Positions 26,446-39,149 of a stretch of DNA of 64,000 nucleotides are shown here, piece by piece. The DNA is taken from the NCBI GenBank assembly GCA_964016885.1, contig OZ024746.1, forward strand, positions 70,308,001 to 70,372,000, read 5' to 3'. The notes beneath the pieces were generated by a model. That model did no database searches. It had not been told where the DNA came from and saw nothing but the letters and a program-made list of their open reading frames with translations. Every line of letters starts with the position of its first letter. The stretch's first letter is position 1. The position numbers were made by a program, and so were the translations under genes. This DNA comes from Eledone cirrhosa (taxonomy: Eukaryota).

Positions 26446-26497
26446 CATGGCTGTATACAACAGCACAGAGGAAAACGAAAATTACTTGAAGCTTCAT
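26446..26497 (-). CDS. Gene A exon 1, signal peptide MKLQVIFVFLCAVVYSH
   Basis: ATG at 26497, GTAAGT donor, 52 nt, phase 1 compatible with downstream exons; TATAAA about 50 bp upstream. Confidence 0.82.
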
Positions 26498-26544
26498 GAT
26501 CACAGATTGCAGGTCACAACTGGTTAGTCCGTCTTGGAGGCGAG

Positions 26545-26569
26545 TTTATATAGAGATTTAACAGGTGGT
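26545..26569 (-). promoter_or_regulatory. TATA box plus E-box (ACCACCTG) of gene A
   Basis: TATATAAA on minus at 26545-26552; caggtggt at 26562-26569. Confidence 0.5.
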
Positions 26570-27221
26570 CAGTTCACAGAATCGGTATTGGAGAAAACAT
26601 GATTATTTTCTATTTTAAAAAAAGCAAAAATACACGTTTGTGACAAACATTTCTTTTTGAAAAGCCGTTCATCATTTGAACAGAACAACGAATGAGTTTT
26701 ACAATTTGAATCATAAAATATATTTTATCTAAACAGCTGGTTTGTTTCATCAATGTGGATTCAATTTTTTTTTTTTTTATTTTAAATTAAAGAAAATCTG
26801 CTGAAGAATAGATAGAACGTTAAATTGAATAACGAGATTTGTTTGAATAAGTTAAATTGTAAAAATGTATTTTGAATCATCGTTTCTATTGTCAAGGGTA
26901 GAATTCAAATACTCTACCAGATTTTTTAAAATACATGTGTGTGTATGAGTGAGTGAGTGAATGTATGTTTGTGCGTGTTCATATGTGTGTGTGTATCTAT
27001 ATGTATATGTACATGTAGCAATAATCGTAGGTATGAAGCGAATAAAGGAGAACGGTGCTCAATCGGAAAGAAATCATCAGAGCTTTCTTTGTGATTTCTT
27101 TTGAATGAATCAGTTCTAGTCCTGTAGAAGCCATTTCTATATTAAACATGATGTTTATACTCTACTAATGTATTGAGTACCGTACTAACTGTGGCTACGC
27201 CTGATTGATCCCGGGACTGGA

Positions 27222-27262
<41 letters not shown>

Positions 27263-27393
27263 GTTACTGTATATGGTTGGATGGCCATCTATGGAAGTAC
27301 AGCCATTTAAGTACAATATAATCTTTGAGTGAGTACAGCTTTATTCTAACACATGTGTGTATGGCTTTAAATTTGTATTTAAATCTACATATC

Positions 27394-27452
<59 letters not shown>

Positions 27453-27524
27453 AGATCAAAGAGTTCCGTGTATTTTATTATGCGCATTTCAAAAACAAAT
27501 ATCATCATGCAATAACATACCTCC

Positions 27525-27590
<66 letters not shown>

Positions 27591-28000
27591 CTATATTATA
27601 AAGCTGACGGCCGTATGAAACAAACCTTTCGCCAAACAGCTGGACCAAACAGCACCAAATTTGCACCATAGATGTAATTTTTCCAAGAAAGTGAGGGTAT
27701 TTTTGTCTTCTAAATTTCGTTAAAAGATTAAAGATATTTTATCATTTATTTAAATATTCACTTCTTTAAATTTTTCAAAGGTCAACACTTCCGGTTATAC
27801 GACATTCCTCTCTCTTTCTTAGTCTGTCTTTTTAGATAGATACATAGCTATAACGTCGCGCCCTTATAATATGTCTGACTACATAACTATAATATCGCAC
27901 GCTTATAATATCTGTCTGGTTGCCTATCTCCATTGACTTCACTTCTAACCAACTTTTAATTTATTCAGTGCAAAGATACCGCACGGCCTCTCAATAATTA

Positions 28001-28042
<42 letters not shown>

Positions 28043-28340
28043 GTAATAATAATAAATGTGAAGACTAAAATCCAAACAGGGCTCGATAAGGATAAATATA
28101 TATCAAATATATAAGAACCCTAGAGTAAATATTGTTCTCATTGCTGACGTATTATCTTCGCTTTTTCCCGTTCATTGCCAGGGAACGTCTTCACGAACCA
28201 AAGTATCGTCTTCCTGTTTTCCTTCGGTTGCAACGATTTTCGAAATATTTACTTCTGCGTTCACAGATTGATTTTTTTAGTTTCAGAAGATCCCGTTAAG
28301 GGTGAAAGCAGCGATTCTTTGCTTAAACTTTAATCTGTTA

Positions 28341-28418
<78 letters not shown>

Positions 28419-28603
28419 TATATTCGTGTACAGATATTTTTGCATACACAAAAACAAAATATAAACAAATGTATTTATTTCACGAAAGCACAGACGGCTT
28501 ATCGTCATTGTTACTGCCGATATGCCACCAAAAAAGACCCAGCCTGGCCGCAAGATCAGATTTTCCAGAAGAAAAAATGTTACTAGAGCAACAGAGATAC
28601 TAA

Positions 28604-28797
28604 GCTTCACGATTACCATCAACAAAGCTCAGGGTCAAACCCTAAAAGTGGCTGACCTTCATCTGGGAAAACCATGCTTCTCCCATGGTCAATTGCATGT
28701 AGGATGCTCTAGGGTGAGCTCGCCAAACAATCTCTTCATCTTTGCTCCCGAGAGCCGAACAAAAAATATTGTATACTCTGAGGCTCTAACAATGTAA
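28604..28797 (+). mobile_element. Helitron PIF1-like helicase C-terminal fragment
   Basis: SFTITINKAQGQTL...CFSHGQLHVGCSRV...TKNIVYSEAL (helicase motifs V and VI). Confidence 0.88.
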
Positions 28798-29056
28798 TTT
28801 ATGTATTTTCTGTTACTTGGAATTTTCATTATGGTTGTACAAATTATTGTAAAGTTTGTTTAAAAATGTGTTCTCTGCTCAGCCTTTATTGTTGTAACTA
28901 TCAATTTATTTTAACGTACTGACTGCTGAACTGGGGAATCCTAAAAACTATTCAAACCCAACATCAGAGCACGTTATGCATATATGTGTGCATGTATGTA
29001 TTTATATACATACTACTGTACGTCTGTATACATATATGTATTTACGTATACATACT

Positions 29057-29101
<45 letters not shown>

Positions 29102-29254
29102 TGTGTGTGTTAATGCATGTATAGATATATAATGCATAACATATCGATAATGTTTCTCAGTAAAAAGCTCAATATAAATATATATATATATATATTATAT
29201 ATATATAAATGAAAATATATATATTCATTTATATATATATATAAATGAAAAGAG

Positions 29255-29315
<61 letters not shown>

Positions 29316-29394
29316 GAAAATAGTCACTATATATATATATATATATATAGTGACGAAACATAAGTCAATTGCATGAACTCATAATACTTTATTT

Positions 29395-29450
29395 ACTGCT
29401 ATATATATTTCGATGATAGCCATTGAATGGCTATGACCTCATCAGGCAGT
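29395..29450 (-). ncRNA. Minimal type I hammerhead ribozyme
   Basis: Reverse complement: ACTGC-CTGATGA-GGTCATAGCCATTCAATGGCTATCATC-GAAA-TATATA-TA-GCAGT; canonical core, paired stems I and II, palindromic stem III. Confidence 0.75.
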
Positions 29451-29808
29451 TAGTCTGTTCTTAGATACGCCAGCTCTGTGTTTTTGGTGTTGATGGTTTC
29501 AGAGCCTTGGGACATAAGAGCTTGTTAGGGATAATTTAATGTTGTCAGCAGGAATAATCTTAATTCTCATTGGTCAGTTTGTAGATGCTAGTAGGGTTGG
29601 TATTTGACCTCAAAGAGGCAGGTGGTGTTGTAAAGTTCAAACCATCAGGCAAGATGACAATAGTTCCATATGACTGATTTTCACAAAAAGCATTCCTGGT
29701 CAGATATATATTCAATTGAGATTTATAGTATGAAATTCGATACTACAGGTCATTCTTAAATTGAGGAATTTATGTGGGGTGGAACTACTGAAAATTATGG
29801 TTAGAGTC

Positions 29809-32208
29809 TTTAGCAGCATAGTATATAAATATTATTGAGACACGAGTAACATAATAATGATGTCAACATCAGAAATTAGAGATGAAATGTATGTTTATTT
29901 TTGTTGTAGCACAAATAATTGTTTCTACTTTAGGCACAAGGCCAGCAAATACCCAGTGCATTACTGGTACTTTATTTTATCGACCCCGCAAGGATGAAAG
30001 GCAAAGTCGACCTCGGCGGGATTTGAACTCAGATCGTAAAGGGACTTAACTATGCTGGAAAGCATGGCGTCCGACCCTCTACCGATACTGCCAATCCACC
30101 AGTTGTAGCACAAATAATGTTTGTTAACTTGTATGGTTGAAGTTACACATAAAATGAGGTTACAAAAGGGAATGTGCCATTGTGCCGGAAAGCCGGCTGG
30201 CCAAAGTGCAAAATCTCACCGTCACATGTTGTACGTGTTGCTGGTTCGAAGTTCCGGGTGCGAGAGAGAGATTCTTCAAATCTTCGCGGGGAATTTCTCC
30301 CTCGGGGCGCGTAGGGATACATCCTCTTCTACTGGCGTTGATTGGCTGAGCTGAGCCAAATCACGCACAGAGAATGTATGTGAGCTCGCGGAATGTAGGT
30401 CACTACAATACTCCCCCTCTAGACGTAAGACGCTACAGATTATTGAATCAGCAGGAAAAAATGCTGAAAGAGCACATCAGTGAAAAAATAATTGAGCAGA
30501 AGGATGCATGCAAGAAAAGAAATGAGGCGCTGAGGGCCGTGTTGAGCCGCTGTGTCAAATGACTAGCTGTTTTGTAATTTATACGTGACCAACAAAGGTC
30601 TAACAGAAAACGGATAAAGTCTGACATGGGCGAAGTTGCTGTTCTTGCATTAAATGTTAATGGTAAGTGTTGTACCAGTAGCTGTGGATGAAGCTATTAT
30701 GGTAGTTTACCAGTGCTGGCAAGAAGATGATGGGTAGGCGAGAAAATGTCGGCCTCCCAGATGTATTGCCGAAAGTGCTAGGGAGCCAGGAAAAAATGGC
30801 TGGTTGCTTTTAAAAAAAAAAAGCAAGTTGAATCTGTAGGTGGGTAGTAGTTGCAGTGTAAATTCCATAATTCCGGCGAATCCACAGAAGTGGTGGAAAT
30901 GCTGACAAGTCCAGTTCTATTTGTTGTTTTCCCAGTGAGTCGGGTAAGGTAACAAGATGGAGGTTGTTATGGACGATCAGTGTGCAACGAGATGCGAAAC
31001 TGTTTGAGTTCAGCTGCAATTAGCATTCTCGTGTTGCGGTGCCTGTTTGAATCCAGGTGAATTAAGCTCTATGAGTCGCTAGCATGTGACGGCACCTCAA
31101 CCAGGTGAAAAGGGATCTCGCAGAATACTACGTGTGAAGAACATATACTAAGAACAACAACATGTTGGTGGGTGACAAAGAAATGTGTGCATATGCAGGC
31201 ATGTAATACAGCAAAGAATATGTGTGGGTGCAGTCATATATACAATGATAGAAAAAAATGAATTTCCATATAATACAGTTTAAAAAAAATAAATGTCCAA
31301 AACAAATGCCTGAAAAAAAAAGGGAGAAAGAAAGAATTATTTCTTTTCTTTTAACAAAAAGTTCGCTTTTCTTTTCCTTGAAATTTCTTTGGGATCGCTC
31401 TTACTAGGGAGCTAGTAGAGTTGTTGTTGTTGTTAAAGCAAAGTCACAATGAATCTTCTGTAGAATCGAAGTCGAGCGTTGAAGAACCTAGAGTCACCAA
31501 TATGGCAGTCACGTCTGACGCCATAGTGGTGAGAAGACTGATGTCTTAATTTCTCGAGTCCCTGTGGTAACGAGACAGAAGGTATGGTGGTTGCGTCGGT
31601 AAAGTTACAAGCTGCCACATCGCCATTCCCTGGTGTTGGTTAGTAGTTAGCCATGTGTTGCTGCTGATGGCTGGTAGTAGAGAAGTACTTGGTGGTAGCC
31701 GTTTTGAAATTTCCTCGTGCGTAAATTTTTTGTTTTTATACATACACTGCCAATTTTAATCTCATTTCAAAAGGAATATTTTGAACTGAAAATATTCATC
31801 ACGTCGGGATCACCACTTTTAGCAGCGTAGTATATAAAAAGTTATTGAGACACGAGTAACATAATAATGATGTCAACAGCAGAAATTAGAGATGAAATGT
31901 ATGTTTATTTTTGTTGTAACACAAATAATGTTTGTTAACTTGTATGGTTGAAGTTACACATAAAATGAGGTTACAAAAGGGAATGTGCCATTGTGCCGGA
32001 AAGCTGGCAGGCCAAAGTGCAAAATCTCACCGTCACATGTTGTACGTGTTGCTGGTTCGAAGTTCCGGGTGCGAGAGAGATATTCTTCAAATCTTCGCGA
32101 GGAATTTCTCCCTCAGGATACATCCCCTTCTACTGGCGTTGATTGGCTGAGCTGAGCCAAATCACGCACAGAGAATGTATGTGAGCCCGCGGAATGTAGG
32201 TCACTACA
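29809..32208 (-). mobile_element. Internally deleted LTR retrotransposon (probably Ty3/Gypsy)
   Basis: LTRs at 29809-30407 (carrying a SINE at 29920-30101 with a 17-bp TSD) and 31818-32208; PBS TGGTGATCCCGACGTGAT (tRNA-Trp) at 31798-31815; PPT AGAGGGGGAGTA at 30409-30420; 5-bp TSD GAGTC. Confidence 0.9.
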
Positions 32209-32949
32209 GAGTCAAATACTAGAAAGTTTACATATAAAAAGTCTTATGTTGGTTGACTTGCACATACACTCACACCCACCCCACAGACACACACACACAT
32301 CCACACATACAAATTGAGGAATTTATGTGGGGTGGTAATACTGAAAATTATGGTTAGAGTCAAATACTTAGAAAGTTTACAAATAAATAGACTTATGTTG
32401 GTCGACTAGTACATACACTCACACCTACCCCCACAGACACACACACACACATCTACACACACAAATCCATACAGGTGTGTATATATATATGTATGCACAA
32501 GTGCATATATATATACAACCGAGGCCCCCAAATCCAAGTATAAGGCAGGCATAAAACGAGGTGGGTGTTATTTTTAAAGAAAAGTAAAGTGGGTGTTTGG
32601 AAAAGTTATTGTTTAGACTAGACAAAAGTAGAGTGTGATATATATCTTCACAACAATAGCTTAGGGGCTTTGGAGCTTAGGCGAATCCCTTAGTACAGAC
32701 ATATATAGGTACAAGCACCCACACTTGTATAACCCTGGATGCGCGTGTATGTCTATATACACATGTGCACTCATACAAGAGAGCATATACAAATATACTC
32801 TTAAGCATACACTCGAACATTTTTCAAATGCAACCTGGGGTATTATTATTTCGTTGCGTTCACATAAGTGTGTACATTCACGTAATCGCAGTATACACAC
32901 ACACAACGCACGGTTGCGGGCACGCATTCATGCGTATAGGGTTAGTACC

Positions 32950-34590
32950 TTAGGATAATTGTTCTTCCTGTGTGGGCCACTCCCGGAGGGGGGATTCCTC
33001 AGGTTCAATAAACGTGGTTTTGCTGACTCCTAACCAGTAGAGGATCCGGTGGACAATTCACCGTAGGGACCACAAACTATTGGTGGGTGTTGTTGCCCAT
33101 TGGTCATTGGTACGGGGTGTAGGGGACCTACAGGGGGGGAGGCCATAACCGGGGTTTATCCATATAGCTTGAGGAAAGTTCCCGTCCTTAGGTGTCTGCA
33201 GGCGCCGAATAAGTCGTCCCTTCTGTTTAATAGCTTGGTTCCGCCATGAAGTATCTCGAGTGTCTCACTAAGACAGAGGTTGCAAATACCAGACCCACCT
33301 CTGTCTGGGAGAACCTTTTTAACCACGGACCAGACCAGAGAGTGCGGGGTCTTTTCAAGTTAGAGCTTCCAGATCAATTCAGAAAGGGCCGTACATTTCC
33401 TCTTTTCTATTGTTAAAGGAATGGCGATGGTTATACCACCTATCTTTGAAGCTCGTCGCCGTGGATCCTATGTAGTGGTGCTCCAAGTTAGGGGTTGTGA
33501 CCTTTCACCTGTAGACTACGTTTTTCGTCATGCATTCATTACTAAGGGGGCATAGTGATGGATCTCTGCAATTGCATGACTTCTTAAGCCCCTGCACATG
33601 TACCGCGTGGTTACCATCACGCAGGGTTGGCTGGGTAGCCGCCGCAATCAGCACAGGGTCGTTGGGTTGGGCCTGTCCGGGGTCTGGTGAGTCCCGCGTG
33701 CTGGTTCCGTTGGGTGGCTCCGGGGTTTACGGTGGTATTAGAGGCAGTGAGCTTATTCCTATTTATGCCGGCTATGTGCTGGGCTACGGAGCGTGTGGTT
33801 GAATAGGAAAGTTTCACCGTGTGCCTGTTGAATATTTTATGGTACCTGTGGGCCCTAGGGAAACATTTATCCAGTACTCTAAAGAATGTTCTAGCCAGGC
33901 TGGTACGTAAACCCACCGAGTACGGGGGGTTATACCATGTGACCTTCCTGGTCCTATTCTTGCGGGGTTGTTGGGTGTCCGCCGTGGTCCATCGCGGAGT
34001 TGTGCACAGCTCAGGTCGAGCTCGGTTGGTGTCACTCAGGTGTGCAGAGCGGTCACTATCATGAGGCTTATATGGGCCCACCGCAGGGCTATAAACCTGC
34101 GCGGTGCGGCCTCCCTGCTCAATGAGGGTTCGGTGGGTGGTGGGGTCGGTGCAGGGGTACCTATGCTCCACACCGCAGTGGTCTTCAGCGTTGTAGGTAT
34201 TAGACTGGTGGGATATGTGGGACCTTCTACCGGGGGTGGTGACGGACAGGGGTCTGGGAGTGTTACTACTGGTCACCGAGGTATTAGGTGGGCGACTCAT
34301 GTCCCTGAGGGTATTGGCCCTAGGCACCCTTGGGTTATCTCGATCATGCCCCCTAGGGTTATAGCTGATCCTATGGCTGTGGGACGCCTTAGCTAGCGCT
34401 GAGTTATAATAATCAGCATTACTATTGAAGATTTCTATATTGGCAGACAAGTTAGAGATCCTGTCAGAGACACTCTTAACTACGGCCTTAACTATAGATC
34501 TAGGGTGATTGGACCCAGTGTTGATATACACCAGCTTCTCATTGGGTTTATGATATGCGTGGTGTTAGGGTGGTATAAGGGTGGTGTCCA
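32950..34590 (-). mobile_element. Penelope-like element, 3' half (RT thumb, Cys linker, GIY-YIG; Neptune-like)
   Basis: YINTGSNHP, RKVTWYNPPYS, FPRAHRYHKIFNRHTVKLSYS, then SCNCRDPSLCPLSNECMTKNVVY and a terminal CRH. Confidence 0.85.
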
Positions 34591-34632
34591 TGAAATTCAC
34601 TACTTTTCTATTGGGTTCCATCTCTACTTTAA

Positions 34633-34691
<59 letters not shown>

Positions 34692-34696
<5 letters not shown>

Positions 34697-35416
34697 TAGC
34701 TCAGGTTTTAGCTATTGAGCACTTTGCCAGTATCATTTCTGATTTTTGCGTTTCGCTTCGCTTTTCCTGCTCGCCGAAAATGCGATTCTCGCTGAATCTT
34801 TATTTGTATTAATCTCCCGTGTCTTACAGTTAACTTGTTAATAATTTCTATTGACAGGGTAATTGTATAAGTTTATTTTAAACTACTAGGTTGAGAACTT
34901 ATTCGATTTGTGCTATTTATGCTATTTTTTGCATGATCTACACCAACTGAATTACTTTGCCAAAATCTGGGGTTATTCCCCTTGTGATTTCCACACGTGG
35001 TTTAACTTACCACCGTGTCATTCACTTATTTGGTACAGAGCGAAATACCTGTTGATAACGTAATATTCCTTGTTCGATCGTTATACACAAAGCTCATATT
35101 TTTAAACATGCTGTATTTTGATTTAGGTGTCACAGAAACGCTACATCGGATTTTAACAGCAATTCCGGGTATCCAGGTCTGGTTATCACTTATTTTTTTA
35201 TCATTTATTTTGTTTTGACCTGTTTAGCTTGATTTGGTTTTTGGCTTGGGTGGTTAATGCTTTCGTGACCACCTTTTCAGTTTTGTATGGCTTCTTAACA
35301 CATTGTTTAGCTCTGGTTTTTAACTATTGAGCACTTTGCCAGTATCATTTCTGATTTTTGCGTTTCGCTTCGCTTTTACTGCCCGCCGAAAATGCAATTC
35401 TCGCTGAATCTTTATT

Positions 35417-35421
<5 letters not shown>
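34692..35421. repeat. About 730-bp element with about 118-bp terminal direct repeats, embedded in (TA)n
   Basis: 34692-34810 nearly identical to 35303-35421; TA microsatellite on both sides. Confidence 0.8.
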
Positions 35422-35466
<45 letters not shown>

Positions 35467-36721
35467 AATAATTTAAATAACAGGAGGCTGGACTGGTGTA
35501 AATCCTTGAAAAGTTTATTATACTTTGATCATTTCAATGACCGGGTTCCGTATGAATCTGGTGATATCATCAGGTATTCGAAATATAACAAAGGAATATA
35601 TAAAATCCATGGGTCCGAAAATCTGAGACAGAGAGGACGACTGACCAACTAGCTGCTTTCACCTCGGTCAGTCGCCCTCAAGTGATGGCAACTCGGTCTA
35701 CTAATGACCATCTGGTGAAGGGGCGAAGGCTTATAATGTACTACCACCTCTCCGTCAGAGAATAAATAAAAAGAAAGAAAGAAAGAAAGAAAGAAAGAAG
35801 AAAAGTCAGCGTAAGGGTCACACTACAGTCATGTTAGAAGACGCCGCGAAAAATGTTATTCCAAAGAACCCATATTTTAACAAAGGTGTCTGTATAGTCT
35901 AATGTATGAAGAGAAAATTGGAACGTTAACTTATGTTATGAGTTATAGGATGAAATTAAATTATTAGAAAATTAATACAAAATTAAAGGTTTGTGTTGCG
36001 AGATTTATTTAATGAAATTACAGAGAGAGTCTTATATGAAAAAGTTTAAGTGTATTATAGGGAATCTCGATAAGTTATCAAGGTGGGATATAGAGTAAAG
36101 ATAAAAGCCCTCGATTGTAAATCCCAGTCAGCACCTCCTAACCACGATTTTTCCGAGTACTCTAGGAACATAACTGCGATAGGCTCCGAGTGTGCTAGCG
36201 GGAAGTCAACCAGCTTCTACAGGCCATCGTCTATACCAAACGAATACTATTAATTCACACAGGAGGGATTTATTTATGTGCCAGCAGAGGGAGACATGAT
36301 ACAGCTAACAGTTATGCCTAAGCCTAGAGTTTATAGGTATGAGTATAATGTGGCGGTCAAAACAGGCGGTGCGGCGGGCCCCGGGGCAAATCGAACCAAA
36401 ATTTATTTTTTCAAGCACTCAAGGAAGGCTGAACTTTCCGAGCGCCCGGCGCACAACCGGGAAATCCACCACATCAGTCGAAAGTGGTAAAACCCCATGA
36501 AAAGTGCCAATAGACTATAATTATTTTAAAGTCCCAGTTAGTCCGGGTTATAAGTAGTGTGGTTCTTTGGTGGGTAGGGAGCTATGAATGGTGCATATGA
36601 ATGGTGAGTGAAAGTGCGAGGAAGAGGCTAGCCGAGAGAGGATGACTGGCAGAGGGGTGAGTGAAAGTAAGAGGGAGAAGGGGTGAGTTCAGAAGGAGAG
36701 AGAAAGAGGATAGCTGCAAGG

Positions 36722-36810
<89 letters not shown>

Positions 36811-37879
36811 TATGTATGTATATCTACTTATATATATAACCAGCAATTTCTCTGTCTGTCTGTCCGACAGTGGAAACACGTGCGTAGAGAGAGAGTGAGA
36901 GGGAAAGAAAGAGACAGACTACGAGAGGGGGATGACGGGAGAGAGAGAGGGAGAGAGAGAGAGTGAATAGACGCTAAAACACGTGCTAAAGAAATATTAC
37001 TTTCCCCTTCCTTTCTCCCCTTTGGTACTACCAAGAGAAGCACTGTCGCTATAGAAACATTACCTTCCCCTCTCCACTGACTTTGGTCACTGAGGCCGAG
37101 GGAATCGCTGGTTGCTATAGAGACACCTTGCACAAGCCAGAAGTAATCAGTTCGAGGCGGTTCTGACTTGACACCATGCGAAGAAGGTTTCCATTGAATT
37201 TGTGGTTTGAAGAAGGTTGCCATTGAATTTGTGGTTGCTGCTGCTGATAATAAGGACCATTTGAAGAAGGTTGCCATTGAATTTGTGGTTGTTGCTGCTG
37301 ATAATAAGGACCATTTGAAGAAGGTTGCTGCTGATGAGGTAATTTATTAATCAGATTGCGCAGTTCCATAACGTACGTTTGATTTGTTCAATTTCTTTCT
37401 TCAATTTTTTTTGTTGTTTTTTTTTTATTTCTTATTGAAAAAATATAAATAATAAAATAAGGTTAGAAATTTAAATACAATTAAATACGATTTAATTTCC
37501 ATTTCCAGCAGCCAATGTCCGGTGTTCAATTTCATGAAAAAATTGGAAATAATTCAAAAAATTGAAGTTTAACTTTTGAACATTTGTTTTGACAATAAAA
37601 AAATATTTCCTTATTCACACCTAATGGTATGATTAAAATTTCATAGGAATATTTTTTTCTAACCGCCAGTTATTTATTTTCTCCTTTTTCGTTTTAACAT
37701 ATATTTATTTCAAAGATTTCACCGTATAGATAACATATATATTTATACATGCATAAAAGACACACCGAGAGACGGTGAACATGTGGTGCCGAAAACATTT
37801 CTCATCCAAATCTCAACAATATCAGTATATACACTAGATTTGCTAGCAGAAAACCGCCCACAGGGTGGTTTTCTGCTAG

Positions 37880-38796
37880 TCTATATATATAAAACTGAGG
37901 ATGTCTGTCTATGTGTGTGTGAGAGTTTGAATCTCTAAAACTCGAGAACCACCCAGCCGACTGTTTTCAAACTTTACACATGTAATACTTATGGTTCAGA
38001 GAGTGTTCTGAGCAAAAAAGAATTCAAATTTTCAATGCCCTAGGGACCACATTAGGCGATTTAGCGATCTCTCTCTATAATTCTTAGTCTTTCTCTTTTT
38101 AGATAGATACATACATATAATGTCGCGCCCTTATAATGGCTGTCTGCATTACGTCACTTCCCTGAGGATGTCTGTCTGTGTGTTTGTGTGTGTGTGTCTG
38201 TGAGTTTGAATCCCTAAAACTCGAGAAGTACCCAAACCGATTTTTTCAAACTTTACATGTGTATTACTTATGTTTCAGGGAGTATCATGCACAAAATTCA
38301 ACATTTTGATCTCCTAGGGCCCGCATTAGGTGAAAAACAGCGTTTTTTAAGCTTTTTATGGTTTTTTTTTAGGCGTTACGTCAGACCGATTTCCTTGAAA
38401 TTGTAACTATGTATTAGTCAGTCTCTTCTTCATACCGTGAGCAAAGAAAATCCAACTTTGTTATGGCCTAGGGCGCGCATTAGGTGAAAAACTTCATTTT
38501 TTCAGCTTTTTTAGGGGTTTTTTGAGGCGTTACGTCTAGCCGATTTTCCCGAAATTTCAAGGTATATTATGCACATAAAAAAATTCATTTTCTTGATCCC
38601 CTAGGGCCCGCATTAGATGAAAACCTGAATTTTTCCTGCTTCATCGAGGAAAATCTTAAAGATTATCCAGCCATCAGAGTATTGGTTTTATTTTCTTTAC
38701 ATATTGTCGAGGCATGCAGTTTTTCCACGATTAGGTGTGTTGGCGGCCCGCATTCCAAAATACCTTATCCCGTGCAACGCCGGGTACCACTGCTAG
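37880..38796 (+). mobile_element. Non-autonomous Helitron
   Basis: 5' TC-tatatatataaaa, internal subrepeats, 3' hairpin cccgtgcaacgccggg then CTAG|T. Confidence 0.75.
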
Positions 38797-39149
38797 TTTA
38801 TATTAAAGCTGAAAAGTGAGTCTTGTTATTCTGGAGATTCATAACGATAGGTCAGGGTTGGCACGAAAACCGAATTGCAGATAACGAGTTTCGCTTTTAA
38901 ACCTACCTCCCTACTTTTGATGATCAATGCTTTCTAAATAACTGTGGCTTTGCGGAAAATATTATATACAAATCCAGAATATTAACATGTAATGGGATAT
39001 TTTATTATATAGGTTCCACTTTCTCGCCTTTCAAGGAAAGATTTTACAATCTTGTTCATTCTTGTAAGAATATTTTTAAGAGAGGGTATGAGGAAATTCT
39101 TCTAATAATTACATGAGCACGGGATATTTTCTTAAATAGACAGATAAAT

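Noticed and set aside
27111-27181. 70-bp similarity to 51452-51522, near two cluster genes
   Set aside because: Non-equivalent positions (upstream of A, last intron of B); more likely a dispersed repeat than a shared enhancer.
32945-33005. Possible hammerhead at the 3' end of the Penelope element (CTGAGGA on minus)
   Set aside because: GAAA box and stem I are too degenerate to call.
35640-36620. Possible further PLE reverse-transcriptase remnant (IDDGL-like at about 36220, minus)
   Set aside because: A single short motif with no supporting frame.
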